Origin: an uncultured Eubacteriales bacterium
Lineage (GTDB): Bacteria > Bacillota > Clostridia > Oscillospirales > UMGS1783
NCBI GenBank assembly: GCA_934456365.1
Contig: CAKSHC010000002.1
Coordinates: forward strand, 160,508-224,507
Length of the DNA: 64,000 nt
Direction of reading: 5' to 3'
Position numbers and translations under genes: made by a program. Positions 1-8,806 of this stretch are shown in pieces. Under the pieces are notes generated by a model. The model saw nothing but the letters and a program-made list of their open reading frames with translations, made no database searches and had not been told where the DNA came from. Each line of letters opens with the position of its first letter. The first letter of the stretch is position 1.

Positions 1-695
1 AGATCAAGGCGATCATCGCTTCTCTGCATGAGTTCAACCCGATGATGGGCCACCGCGGCTGCCGCCTCACGGTCACCTATCCCGAAATCGCCAAGATGCA
101 GACCCGCGCCGTCATCCGCGCCGCGATCAACGTCAAGAAGAATCATCCCGATTGGGATATCAAGCCCGAGATCATGATCCCGCTGGTCGGTGAGGTCAAG
201 GAGTTCGTCTTCGTCAAGAAGATCGTCGTCGCCACCGCCGACGAGGAGATCAAGAATGCCGGCGTCGATCTCAAGTATGAGGTCGGCACCATGATCGAGA
301 TCCCCCGCGCCGCCCTCACGGCCGACGAGATCGCCAAAGAGGCCGACTTCTTCTGCTTCGGCACCAACGACCTGACCCAGATGACCTTCGGCTTCTCCCG
401 CGACGACGCCGGCAAGTTCCTCGGCGCCTACTACGATGCCAAGATCTTCGAAAGCGATCCCTTCGCCCGCCTCGATCAGAAGGGCGTGGGCAAGCTGATG
501 AAGATGGCCCTCGAGCTCGGCCGTCCGGCCAATGCGAAGCTCCATTGCGGTATCTGCGGCGAGCACGGCGGAGATCCCTCCTCGGTCGAATTCTGCAACG
601 AAATCGGCCTCGACTATGTCTCCTGCTCTCCTTTCCGCGTTCCCATCGCCCGGCTCTCGGCCGCGCAGGCAGCCATTTTGGCAAAGCGCAAGTAA
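1..695 (+). CDS. ppdK: pyruvate, phosphate dikinase, C-terminal PEP-utilising/TIM-barrel part (5' partial, runs off the window start)
   Basis: The frame is open from base 3. The sequence [20 protein letters not shown]...[17 protein letters not shown] is the conserved PPDK C-terminal catalytic region. Confidence 0.85.
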   Translation, partial: IKAIIASLHEFNPMMGHRGCRLTVTYPEIAKMQTRAVIRAAINVKKNHPDWDIKPEIMIPLVGEVKEFVFVKKIVVATADEEIKNAGVDLKYEVGTMIEIPRAALTADEIAKEADFFCFGTNDLTQMTFGFSRDDAGKFLGAYYDAKIFESDPFARLDQKGVGKLMKMALELGRPANAKLHCGICGEHGGDPSSVEFCNEIGLDYVSCSPFRVPIARLSAAQAAILAKRK

Positions 696-708
696 GAATC
701 CAAAAGAA

Positions 709-745
709 AAAGCCTTGCAGGAAAATCCTGCAAGGCTTTTTTGTT
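709..745. terminator. bidirectional rho-independent terminator between convergent ppdK and MATE genes
   Basis: Hairpin gccttgcagg-aaaat-cctgcaaggc flanked by an A-run upstream and ttttttg downstream. Confidence 0.6.
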
Positions 746-783
746 CCCCCGCATACAGGCGGGCAAAAATCCTTTGAAGGGCT

Positions 784-2136
784 TCAGTGATCGAAGGCGC
801 GGCACCAGTTGGCCTTGAGATAATAGATCAGGAAGAAAATGCAGCTGAGCCCCCAGGTGATGGGGTAAACGAGGAAAAGCGTCTGGAATTCCACCCGCAA
901 AGCCATCAGCACCATCAGAATGGAAATGCGGATCAAACACCAGATGATGAGCATCACCGCCATCGGCACAAAGGCCCGCCCCGCCCCGCGGCAAACAGCC
1001 GCCACTGAATGGGCAAAGGCCATCAGAAAATAGAAGAGCGCAATGGTGCGGATCAGCCCCGTGCCCAGGCGAATCACCTCGGTCGAGGAATCGAAGATCG
1101 AGATCAGCTGCGGAGCAAAAAGATAGTAGCAGATCCCCAGCGCCTCGGCCAGAAGACAGGCCCCCAGAATGCCGATGTTGGCGCCCTTGCGCGCCCGCTT
1201 GGTTTCCCCGGCCCCCAAATTCTGGCTCACAAAGGTGGTCACCGTCGTGTTGAGGCTGGTCACCGGCAAAAAGATGAAGCCCTCGATTTTGCCGTGGGTT
1301 CCCACCGCCGCCATCGCCGCCGCGCCGAAGGTGTTGATCTGCGACTGCACAATCACATTGGCAAACCCGATCACCGAATCCTGAATTCCCGAGGGCAGCC
1401 CGTTTTTCAGAATGTCGCGCAGGCTCTCCCGGTCAAACCGGAGCTGCGAAAAGCGCAGCGGCACCAGGTTCTTTTTGCTGTGCAGCGAGATCAGGCACAA
1501 AGCAGCGCTCACGCACTGCGCTAAAACCGTGGCAAAAGCCGCGCCCCACACGTTGAGATCCATCGGCCCGACAAATAAAAGATCCAGCCCCACATTGAGC
1601 AGCGAAGAAACGATCAGATAGAAAAGCGGCCGGCGGCTGTCGCCCATGGCCGTCATGATCCCGCGGCAGGAATTGTAGATCACCAGCCCCAAAGCCCCCG
1701 CAAAATAGCAGCGGAAATAGGAGATCGCCCCCGGGAGAACCGCCGGATCGGTGTTCATCCAGCGCAGAAAGGTGGGGGTCAGCCCTATGCCCACCCCGGT
1801 CAGCAAAACCCCGCAGAAAAGCGAAAGGGAAAGATTCGTGTGGATGGCTTTTTTCAGCCGCTCGGTATCTCCCGCGCCGAAGCAGCGGGCGATGACCACG
1901 CCCGCCCCGGTGGAAAGCCCCGAGAAAAAGCTTACCAGAAGAAAGATCAGATTGCCCGAAGAGGCCACCGCAGCCAAAGCTTCGGTGCCCAAAAAGCGGC
2001 CGACAATGAGCGTGTCGGCCATATTATAGAGCTGCTGGAAGAGTAGGCTGACGAAAATCGGCCCGGTAAAACGCGCGAAAAGGGGCAGAATGCTCCCTTT
2101 TGTGAGGTCTAATTCTCTCGTTTGTTCCTTTTTCAT
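784..2136 (-). CDS. MATE family efflux transporter
   Basis: 450 aa, 12 predicted TM segments. The N-terminal motif FARFTGPIFVSLLFQQLYNMADTLIVGRFLG is typical of MatE/NorM/DinF. Confidence 0.85.
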   Translation of the reverse strand: MKKEQTRELDLTKGSILPLFARFTGPIFVSLLFQQLYNMADTLIVGRFLGTEALAAVASSGNLIFLLVSFFSGLSTGAGVVIARCFGAGDTERLKKAIHTNLSLSLFCGVLLTGVGIGLTPTFLRWMNTDPAVLPGAISYFRCYFAGALGLVIYNSCRGIMTAMGDSRRPLFYLIVSSLLNVGLDLLFVGPMDLNVWGAAFATVLAQCVSAALCLISLHSKKNLVPLRFSQLRFDRESLRDILKNGLPSGIQDSVIGFANVIVQSQINTFGAAAMAAVGTHGKIEGFIFLPVTSLNTTVTTFVSQNLGAGETKRARKGANIGILGACLLAEALGICYYLFAPQLISIFDSSTEVIRLGTGLIRTIALFYFLMAFAHSVAAVCRGAGRAFVPMAVMLIIWCLIRISILMVLMALRVEFQTLFLVYPITWGLSCIFFLIYYLKANWCRAFDH

Positions 2137-2390
2137 AACGTCCCCGTTCGGTTTTTTCGGAAAAATGGCGCCTTTGGCGCACTGAAAATCATTCTATCAC
2201 CGCGCGAAACCCTTGTCAAGGCGGGCAAAAAGGGAAGAAAACGGCTCTTTTGAAGAAGAAAACGGGATCAAAAGAGCCCTTTTTTCGCTCCTTTTTGCGA
2301 AAAAAGAGGCTGATTTTGCTCTGAAAAGCCGTTGTCGGAGCCCTCTTTTTCTGCATTTCGCGCCCGAAAAGCGGCATTTCGCGAAAAAAT

Positions 2391-2418
2391 TTAATTTTGC
2401 CTATTTTTGATTTATAAT
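2391..2418 (+). promoter_or_regulatory. putative sigma-A promoter for the surface-protein gene
   Basis: TTAATT-N16-TATAAT about 90 nt upstream of the RBS-supported start at 2511. The -35 element is weak. Confidence 0.3.
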
Positions 2419-2510
2419 GAGTAGCATGAGAAAGGATGCCCGTTTGCATTCGTTTTTCCCTTCGGCCGCCCGGGCCGGGGGTGCAGATCATTCCAATAGG
2501 AGGAATCCAG

Positions 2511-5500
2511 ATGAAGAAAAAACTGTTCGCTCTTCTTTTGAGCCTTGTGATGGTGGCGGCGCTTTTGCCCGTCACGGTACAGGCGGCGGAAACGGCGCAC
2601 GCAAACCACTGCGAGTGCGGCACCGAGAAGCTTTCCTATGGCGGCCATGCTCATACCGCCGGGATAGAATGGCGTGAAATTTCCAGCCTAAACCAGATCA
2701 ACCGGGACGGCTATTTTTATCTGACCGATACGTCGACCCGCCTGAATTCCTGGACTTGCGCGTATAATGCGACCGTCTGCCTCAACGGACACGACATCAT
2801 TCTGGTCGGCGACGATACGGGCATTACCGTTAATTCAGGAAAAACCCTGACGATCACCGACTGCCGGGAACCGATGGGCACGATCACCCATGCGATGAAA
2901 AGCGAAGAACAGAAGTATCAGGGCCGCGCGATCACCGTGAACGGCTCTCTGGTGCTCTACAACGGCGCCATCTCGGGCAACGAGGCGGAGGCATCCGGCG
3001 CGGGCGTGGCGGTTTACCAGGGCGGATCCTTTGTGATGCGCGGCGGCAAAATCTCCGAAAACAAGACCAGCGCCTGGAGCAGCGGCGGCGGCGTTTTTAT
3101 CCGCAAGGGCGAGTTTACCATGACCGGCGGAGTGATCGAGAAGAACTATGCGCAAGGCTCGGGCGGCGGCGTGTATAATGTGGCGGGGACGATCCTGCTC
3201 GACAGCAGCGCGACCATCCGGGAAAACGAGGCCAACTACGAGAGCGGCACCAGCTCGGGCGGCGGCGTTGCGAACTACCACGGCTCCTTCACCATGCAGG
3301 GCGGCACCATTGCGAACAACCGCTGCGGCGGCAACGGCGGCGGCGGGGTGTCGATCCAGGCGGAGTACGGCAATGGATTTACGACGAATTCGACCTTTAA
3401 CATGACCGGCGGCATCATTGCCGCAAACACCTCCAGCATGTACGGCGGCGGCCTTGGGCTCTATGCGGGGCAGAGTGTCCATACCATCGCGAACATCCGG
3501 GGCACGGCCCAGATTTACGATAATAAGGCGCAGAGCGGCGGCGGTGTGGCCGTCAACGGCGGCGCGATGCTTTATTTGTCTGAAAATGCGGCGATTTCTT
3601 CCAACAAGACCGGGGATTCGGTGCGCCGCGGCAACGGCGGCGGTGTTTTCCTCACCACGCCGGGCGGCTACAGCGGCTATGGTTACTTCATGATGCTCGG
3701 CGGCACTATTTCCGACAACACGGCTCAGCGCGGCGGAGGCGTTTTCGCTCCTGCCGGCACGACCTTTGAGATGCAGGGCGGCACCATCACCGGCAATAAG
3801 GCTGCGGATGGCGGCGGGGTTTACGCTCAGAGCGATAAGATTGTTCTGCGGTATACTCCCCAGATTATCGGGAATCAGGACAAAGAGGACGGCAGCGTCA
3901 GCAATCTCTTTTTCTACTATGGCAATGGATCGAATGCGGTTGTTCCCATTTCGGCAGGCGATCTGATGGACGGCGCGAGCATTGGCGTGTCGCTGTGGGA
4001 CGGCGCGACCTATCCGGCCATATTGACCCGCGATGCGGTCAATAAGGATTATTTCTTCGCCGACAAAGACGCCTACGAGGTGGCCAAAGCCGCCGACGGC
4101 ACCCTGATCCTGCAGGAGAGAACGACTCCTCCCGCCGAGCATAAGCACTGCGTGTGCGCGACCGGCGAGCTTTCGGCCGACGGGCATACCCACAACAAGG
4201 AGCAGGTCTGGACTCCGGTTTCCGATCTTTCCGAGATCACCGGCGCCGGCTACTACTACCTGACCAAGAATATCGTGCTGGAGCAGTATGTTTCGACCGA
4301 CAACAGCTATTCCTGCTACGGCTGGGTGGCTCCGGACGGAGCGGCGCTCTGCCTCAACGGCTACAGCATCACCATGAAAAACCCTGCCGAGGCGGATGTG
4401 GATAAAACGCAGGAAGAGAACAAGTATTACGACGGGTATGTGGATGTGATTCAGGTGGAGGGGACCTTCACCCTGACCGACTGCAAGCCCGCCGCGCAGC
4501 AGGGCACCATCACCCACGGCCAGGACGCCTCCGGCACGACCTACAACGGACGCGGTGTGCACGTGGAGGGCGGAGTCTTTAACCAGTTTGGCGGCAAGAT
4601 CTCCGGCAACACCACGGCTTATGATGTCGGCGGCGCCGGGGTGGCCGTCGAAAGGGGAAGCGACCGCGAAACCAAGGGCGCGTATAACCTCTACGGCGGC
4701 GAGATTTCCGGCAACACCGGGAAAAACGGCGGCGGGGTGAGCGTGTTCGGAGGAATCTTCCGGATGTTCGGCGGCCGCATCGTGGACAACACGGCCGACC
4801 ACATGATCCACGAGGAGTTCTACGGCAAGGGCGGCGGAGTGTACGTTGGCTGGACGAGCGAATTTGAGATGCTCGGCGGCGAGATCTCCGGCAACAGCGC
4901 CAATAAGATCGGTGCGGGCGTGTATCTGACGGCGTATGCCAAGCAGGGCGCGACCGTTTACTTCTCCGGCGGCACGGCGACCTTCAAGGTTTCCGGCGGC
5001 GCGGTGGTGGAGAATAACCGCGCGAACGGCGCTCTGAACAACGTGTATCTGGCTTCCGCGACCTCGGACTTTGATGCGGTGCAGTCGACGATCACGATCG
5101 CGGGCGCTCTGACGGGCCGGATCGGCGTGACGGCCGGTAAGGCTCCCGGGCTGATCGCGACCGGCGCGGCGGCCAACACCGACTACAGCGGCATTCTTCT
5201 CAGCGACAACGCCGACTATTCCATCATCCATAATCCCGGCGACGCCACCCAGCTCTGGCTTTCGGACGGCGCGCCTCTCCCGCCGGTTTACCGCATTGTG
5301 GAAGGCGCCAACGGCTCCTGGAAGCAGGAGAGCGAGGGCGGCCTGACCTTCCGCGCCGACGGCGACGTTTCGAAGTTTGCGGGTGTGACGGTGGATGGGG
5401 ATCGTCTGGACGCGGGCAACTATGAGGTCGCTTCCGACGCGACGGCGGTCACGCTGAAACCGGAATATCTGGCCTCTTTGGAGATCGGGGAGCACACGCT

Positions 5501-5894
5501 GGTCATCCTTTACAGCGACGGCGAGTGCAGCACGACCTTTACGGTCAAAGCCAACACCCCGCACGATCACCTCTTCGGCGAGGACTGGAAGGCCGACGGT
5601 GAGAACCACTGGCACGCATGCGAATGCGGCGAGGTGGCCGATAAGGCGGCGCATACCTTCGTTTGGAAGATCGACCGGGAGGCGACCGAGCAGGAAACCG
5701 GCCTCAAGCATGAGGAATGCTCGATCTGCGGCGCCAAGCGCAATGAGAACACCGTGATCGACAAGCTGGCGGGCGGCGGCGAAACGCCTCCGAACCCCAA
5801 CACCGGGGATACCCGGATCTGCCTGTGGGTGGCGTTGAGCCTGATTGCCGGTGCGTCGGTTGTGCTTTTCCAAAAGAAAAAGGAAAATCGATAA
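2511..5894 (+). CDS. cell-wall-sorted surface protein with two blocks of Pmp-like parallel beta-helix repeats and duplicated Cys/His modules
   Basis: Start placed at MKKKLF behind a GGAGG RBS. The track ORF 2436..5894 carries an unsupported 25-aa leader. The signal peptide ends at VQA. There are many GGGV...N beta-helix repeat units. The C-terminus is PPNPNTGDT, then a hydrophobic segment, then KKKENR, which is an NPxTG-type sorting signal. Confidence 0.8.
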   Translation: MKKKLFALLLSLVMVAALLPVTVQAAETAHANHCECGTEKLSYGGHAHTAGIEWREISSLNQINRDGYFYLTDTSTRLNSWTCAYNATVCLNGHDIILVGDDTGITVNSGKTLTITDCREPMGTITHAMKSEEQKYQGRAITVNGSLVLYNGAISGNEAEASGAGVAVYQGGSFVMRGGKISENKTSAWSSGGGVFIRKGEFTMTGGVIEKNYAQGSGGGVYNVAGTILLDSSATIRENEANYESGTSSGGGVANYHGSFTMQGGTIANNRCGGNGGGGVSIQAEYGNGFTTNSTFNMTGGIIAANTSSMYGGGLGLYAGQSVHTIANIRGTAQIYDNKAQSGGGVAVNGGAMLYLSENAAISSNKTGDSVRRGNGGGVFLTTPGGYSGYGYFMMLGGTISDNTAQRGGGVFAPAGTTFEMQGGTITGNKAADGGGVYAQSDKIVLRYTPQIIGNQDKEDGSVSNLFFYYGNGSNAVVPISAGDLMDGASIGVSLWDGATYPAILTRDAVNKDYFFADKDAYEVAKAADGTLILQERTTPPAEHKHCVCATGELSADGHTHNKEQVWTPVSDLSEITGAGYYYLTKNIVLEQYVSTDNSYSCYGWVAPDGAALCLNGYSITMKNPAEADVDKTQEENKYYDGYVDVIQVEGTFTLTDCKPAAQQGTITHGQDASGTTYNGRGVHVEGGVFNQFGGKISGNTTAYDVGGAGVAVERGSDRETKGAYNLYGGEISGNTGKNGGGVSVFGGIFRMFGGRIVDNTADHMIHEEFYGKGGGVYVGWTSEFEMLGGEISGNSANKIGAGVYLTAYAKQGATVYFSGGTATFKVSGGAVVENNRANGALNNVYLASATSDFDAVQSTITIAGALTGRIGVTAGKAPGLIATGAAANTDYSGILLSDNADYSIIHNPGDATQLWLSDGAPLPPVYRIVEGANGSWKQESEGGLTFRADGDVSKFAGVTVDGDRLDAGNYEVASDATAVTLKPEYLASLEIGEHTLVILYSDGECSTTFTVKANTPHDHLFGEDWKADGENHWHACECGEVADKAAHTFVWKIDREATEQETGLKHEECSICGAKRNENTVIDKLAGGGETPPNPNTGDTRICLWVALSLIAGASVVLFQKKKENR

Positions 5895-5909
5895 AGAAAA
5901 GGGGCGGCT

Positions 5910-5943
5910 ATCCGAGATAGCCGCCTTTTTTATGCGCTTTTTC
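5910..5943 (+). terminator. rho-independent terminator of the surface-protein gene
   Basis: Hairpin ggcggctatccgagatagccgcc followed by tttttta. Confidence 0.6.
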
Positions 5944-6009
5944 GGCGGCGGGACTTACGACAGGAATATCCGCTTCGGGATTTCGCGAAATGGAAAAAAG
6001 AAAGCAGAG

Positions 6010-6040
6010 CGATGCTCTGCTTTCTTTTTAGAAAGGAAAT
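6010..6040. terminator. bidirectional terminator at the 3' end of the long minus-strand gene run
   Basis: Hairpin gaaagcagagc-gatg-ctctgctttc with A-run and T-run flanks, directly downstream of the small minus-strand ORF. Confidence 0.5.
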
Positions 6041-6223
6041 TTAAGATACGGATTTTTTCTTCGGGCGGGAATGCAGCTTGCGGTAGGCCTTATCGCAGGG
6101 ATTTTCCAGCGATTTATCGCACTTTTCGCAGTAGTCGAAGCTGCCGCAGGCGTCTTTTCCCTCCTTTTCGCTTTTGAGCCATTTGGCCTTGTCGAGGGTT
6201 TGCTGCCGTTTGGTGATTGCCAT
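6041..6223 (-). CDS. small Cys-rich protein (60 aa; C-x5-C-x2-C-x7-C)
   Basis: An aaggaaagga RBS lies 7-10 nt upstream. The ORF sits 5 nt after mutY in the same tightly packed run. No family recognised. Confidence 0.4.
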   Translation of the reverse strand: MAITKRQQTLDKAKWLKSEKEGKDACGSFDYCEKCDKSLENPCDKAYRKLHSRPKKKSVS

Positions 6224-6228
6224 TGCTC

Positions 6229-7281
6229 TCAGTCCTTTCCTTTTTTTTCCATTTTACCACGATCCCCGGGGCTTGTCAAGGCGGCGGGGAGATAGGGGCG
6301 AAAGGCGGAAGGGAGGGCATAGCGGGTTTCGAGCTCCTGCGGGGAGGCCCAGACAAGGCCGGGCAGCTCGGGCGGCTCGGAAAGCTCGTAGCCCTGCATG
6401 CGCCATTCCACATGGGAAAAGAGATGCTTGGCGGGGCCGAGGCTTTGGGCGCCGGGAAGGGAATCGGCCGGGACAAAGCCGGGGAGCATGGGAAACTGCC
6501 AAAGCCCGGCAAGCAGGCCGGAATCCGGCCTTTTTTGCAGGGCGATGAGCCCCTTGCGGCGGCAAATCAGAACCGTCCATTCCTCGACGCGGCGCTCTTT
6601 CTTTTTGCGGGGAAGGGGATAGGCGCTTTGGGCCTCTTCGGCAAAGGCCCGGCAATGGGCTTGCAGGGGGCAGAGAGCGCAGCGGGGGACGCCGTTTGGC
6701 AGGCAGAGCACCTCGCCCAGCTCCATCAGCCCTTCGGTGAGGATTCTGGCGCTTTCGCCGGGGCGATAGAGGGGCAGGAGCCATTCGCGCGCCGTTTTGC
6801 GGGTTTTGGGATCGCCTCCGTCGAGGGGGAGGGCAAGCAGGCGGGCGAGGACGCGAACGACGTTGCCGTCTACCGCCGGTTCGGGGCGGAGGAAGGCGAT
6901 GGAGGCGATGGCGCCGGCGGTGTAGTCGCCCACGCCGGGGAGGTCGAGAAGCTCCCGGCGCGACGAGGGCATATTCCCTCCGAAGCGCTCGACGATCACG
7001 CGGGCGGCTTTTTGCAGGTTGCGGGCGCGGGAATAATAGCCGAGGCCTTCCCAGAGCTTGAGCAGGTCTTCCTCGCGGACTTCGGCGAGCGCGGGGATAT
7101 CCGGCAAAGCGGCGAGGAAGCGCTCGTAGGTGGAGATGGCGGCCTCGATGCGGGTTTGCTGGAGCATGATCTCACTGATCCAGACGTGGTAAGGCGAAGG
7201 GTCGGCTCGCCAGGGGAGGGGGCGGCCGTTTTGCTCAAACCAGGGGATCAGCTTTTCGGGGAGAAAGGAGAGATCGGGCAT
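6229..7281 (-). CDS. mutY: A/G-specific adenine DNA glycosylase
   Basis: HhH-GPD region (LPGVGDYTAGAIASIAF...VDGNVVRVLARL), a C-x6-C-x2-C-x5-C iron-sulfur loop, and a C-terminal NUDIX-like GLWQFP motif. Confidence 0.85.
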   Translation of the reverse strand: MPDLSFLPEKLIPWFEQNGRPLPWRADPSPYHVWISEIMLQQTRIEAAISTYERFLAALPDIPALAEVREEDLLKLWEGLGYYSRARNLQKAARVIVERFGGNMPSSRRELLDLPGVGDYTAGAIASIAFLRPEPAVDGNVVRVLARLLALPLDGGDPKTRKTAREWLLPLYRPGESARILTEGLMELGEVLCLPNGVPRCALCPLQAHCRAFAEEAQSAYPLPRKKKERRVEEWTVLICRRKGLIALQKRPDSGLLAGLWQFPMLPGFVPADSLPGAQSLGPAKHLFSHVEWRMQGYELSEPPELPGLVWASPQELETRYALPSAFRPYLPAALTSPGDRGKMEKKGKD

Positions 7282-7282
7282 A

Positions 7283-7837
7283 TCAGCTCTCCTTTTTTTC
7301 GATCAGAAAGAAGAAGGGGGCCGCGGGGGAATTGACGATGCGCACCAGGGTGGCGCAGAAGGCGAAGCGGCTGAGGGCGGAGAGCTCTTGGCGGATGAGC
7401 TCGCCCTCGGCGGCTCCCTCGGGGTGCCCGGGATAGACGGCCACCAGCAGCGCTCCGCCGGGGGCGAGGAGCTCCAGGGCGGCGCGGATGGCGGGCAGGG
7501 TGCTTTCGCGGCGGGTGGTCACGCTTTTATCGCCGCCCGGGAGCCAGCCGAGGTTGAAGAGCCCGGCGGCGATCGGCTCGGGGATATGGGCTTTGGCGTT
7601 GGCGTGGGAATCGTGGATCAGGGTGACGTTTTCGCGGCCATGCTCTTTTAAGAGGGCGGCCGTTTTGGAGAGGGCCTGGTCCTGGATATCGAAGGCATAG
7701 ACGCGCCCGGTTTCGCCGACCTGCTCGGAGAGCCAGAGGGTGTCGTGGCCGTTGCCCATGGTGAAATCCGCGGCGGCGGCGCCGGGGAAGAGGTGCGGCG
7801 CGATCAGCGCTTTTTGGGTGGAGAGAAGATCGATCAT
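7283..7837 (-). CDS. class I SAM-dependent methyltransferase (putative rRNA methylase, YtqB-like)
   Basis: 184 aa. The motif DFTMGNGHDTL...YAFDIQ fits the small putative rRNA methylase family. Confidence 0.65.
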   Translation of the reverse strand: MIDLLSTQKALIAPHLFPGAAAADFTMGNGHDTLWLSEQVGETGRVYAFDIQDQALSKTAALLKEHGRENVTLIHDSHANAKAHIPEPIAAGLFNLGWLPGGDKSVTTRRESTLPAIRAALELLAPGGALLVAVYPGHPEGAAEGELIRQELSALSRFAFCATLVRIVNSPAAPFFFLIEKKES

Positions 7838-8796
7838 TCTCTTACCTCGCTTTGCGGGAAGCGGGATTCGGTGAACTCGCGCAGGGCCCCGTCGTAGCGC
7901 GCGGGATCGGTCACGCGCAGGTGGGAATGCTTGCCGTGGGGGAACCAGACGACCATTTTATCGCTCTTTGTGCGGGCGATGATCTGTTCGGCGCGCTCGG
8001 GGAGGGAGAACACGTCTTCCCGGCTGTGGAGGAAGAGGATGGGGACTTTCAGGCGGGGCACAGAATAGTAGGGCCCGTGGGTGAAGGGATTTTTCCCGCT
8101 GTGGAGGAAGAGGAGGAACATGCATTCCTGCAGAACGGGGAAGGTGGGCTTATGGAGCTGCTTCATGTGGGTGCGGAAGGTTTCGGCGAAGGTGGTGAAG
8201 GCCCCGTCGGCGATCACGCCGTCCACGCAGCCCGGGCAGGCCGGATCGGTTGCGGCATAGAGGGCGGTGGCGCTGCCGATGCAGACGCCGTGGAGCAGCA
8301 CGCGCTGGCCCATTTTTTCCAGAAGGCGAAGCCAGGCGAGAACGTCGCGGTACTCGCGCAGGCCGACGGTATTGTATTTCCCGTCGCTTTTGCCGTGGGC
8401 GCGCCCGTCGATGACCAGCACGTTATAGCCGAGGGCTTTGTAGGGGATGGCGAAGTAGTAGGAATAGGTGAGGGCTTCGGCGCGGCCGGAGAGGAGAAAG
8501 ACGGTGCGGGGAAAGCCGAAGTCGAACCATTCGCCGTAGAGGTTGAAGCCGTCGTTTTGGATGTGCAGATCGGTTTTATGGGCGGCGTTTTGGGCACCCC
8601 AGGCCATGCCTTCATTGAACATGCGCACAGCCTCGGGATCCTCGGGGAAGGAGCAGACGCCGCGCGCCCAGTCGCTTTTCGAGCGGCGCACGAGCTGGCG
8701 GCGGTAAACGTCGGCTGCGAGGGGGAAGGTGAAGCAGAAAAGCCCCACCACCGATAGGGCCAGAAGGCCCAGCAAGATCCAGAAAATCAGCTCCAT
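7834..8796 (-). CDS. membrane-anchored alpha/beta hydrolase
   Basis: N-terminal TM helix, HGKSDG and GVCIGSAT nucleophile-elbow motifs. Confidence 0.7.
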   Translation of the reverse strand: MELIFWILLGLLALSVVGLFCFTFPLAADVYRRQLVRRSKSDWARGVCSFPEDPEAVRMFNEGMAWGAQNAAHKTDLHIQNDGFNLYGEWFDFGFPRTVFLLSGRAEALTYSYYFAIPYKALGYNVLVIDGRAHGKSDGKYNTVGLREYRDVLAWLRLLEKMGQRVLLHGVCIGSATALYAATDPACPGCVDGVIADGAFTTFAETFRTHMKQLHKPTFPVLQECMFLLFLHSGKNPFTHGPYYSVPRLKVPILFLHSREDVFSLPERAEQIIARTKSDKMVVWFPHGKHSHLRVTDPARYDGALREFTESRFPQSEVRE

Positions 8797-8806
8797 TGGC
8801 TTCTCC

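Noticed and set aside
2835-5873. 1012-aa ORF antisense to the surface-protein gene.
   Set aside because: It is arginine- and alanine-rich low-complexity sequence typical of an antisense frame in high-GC DNA, with no RBS and no domain signal. The opposite sense strand has clear signal-peptide, repeat and sorting-signal logic.
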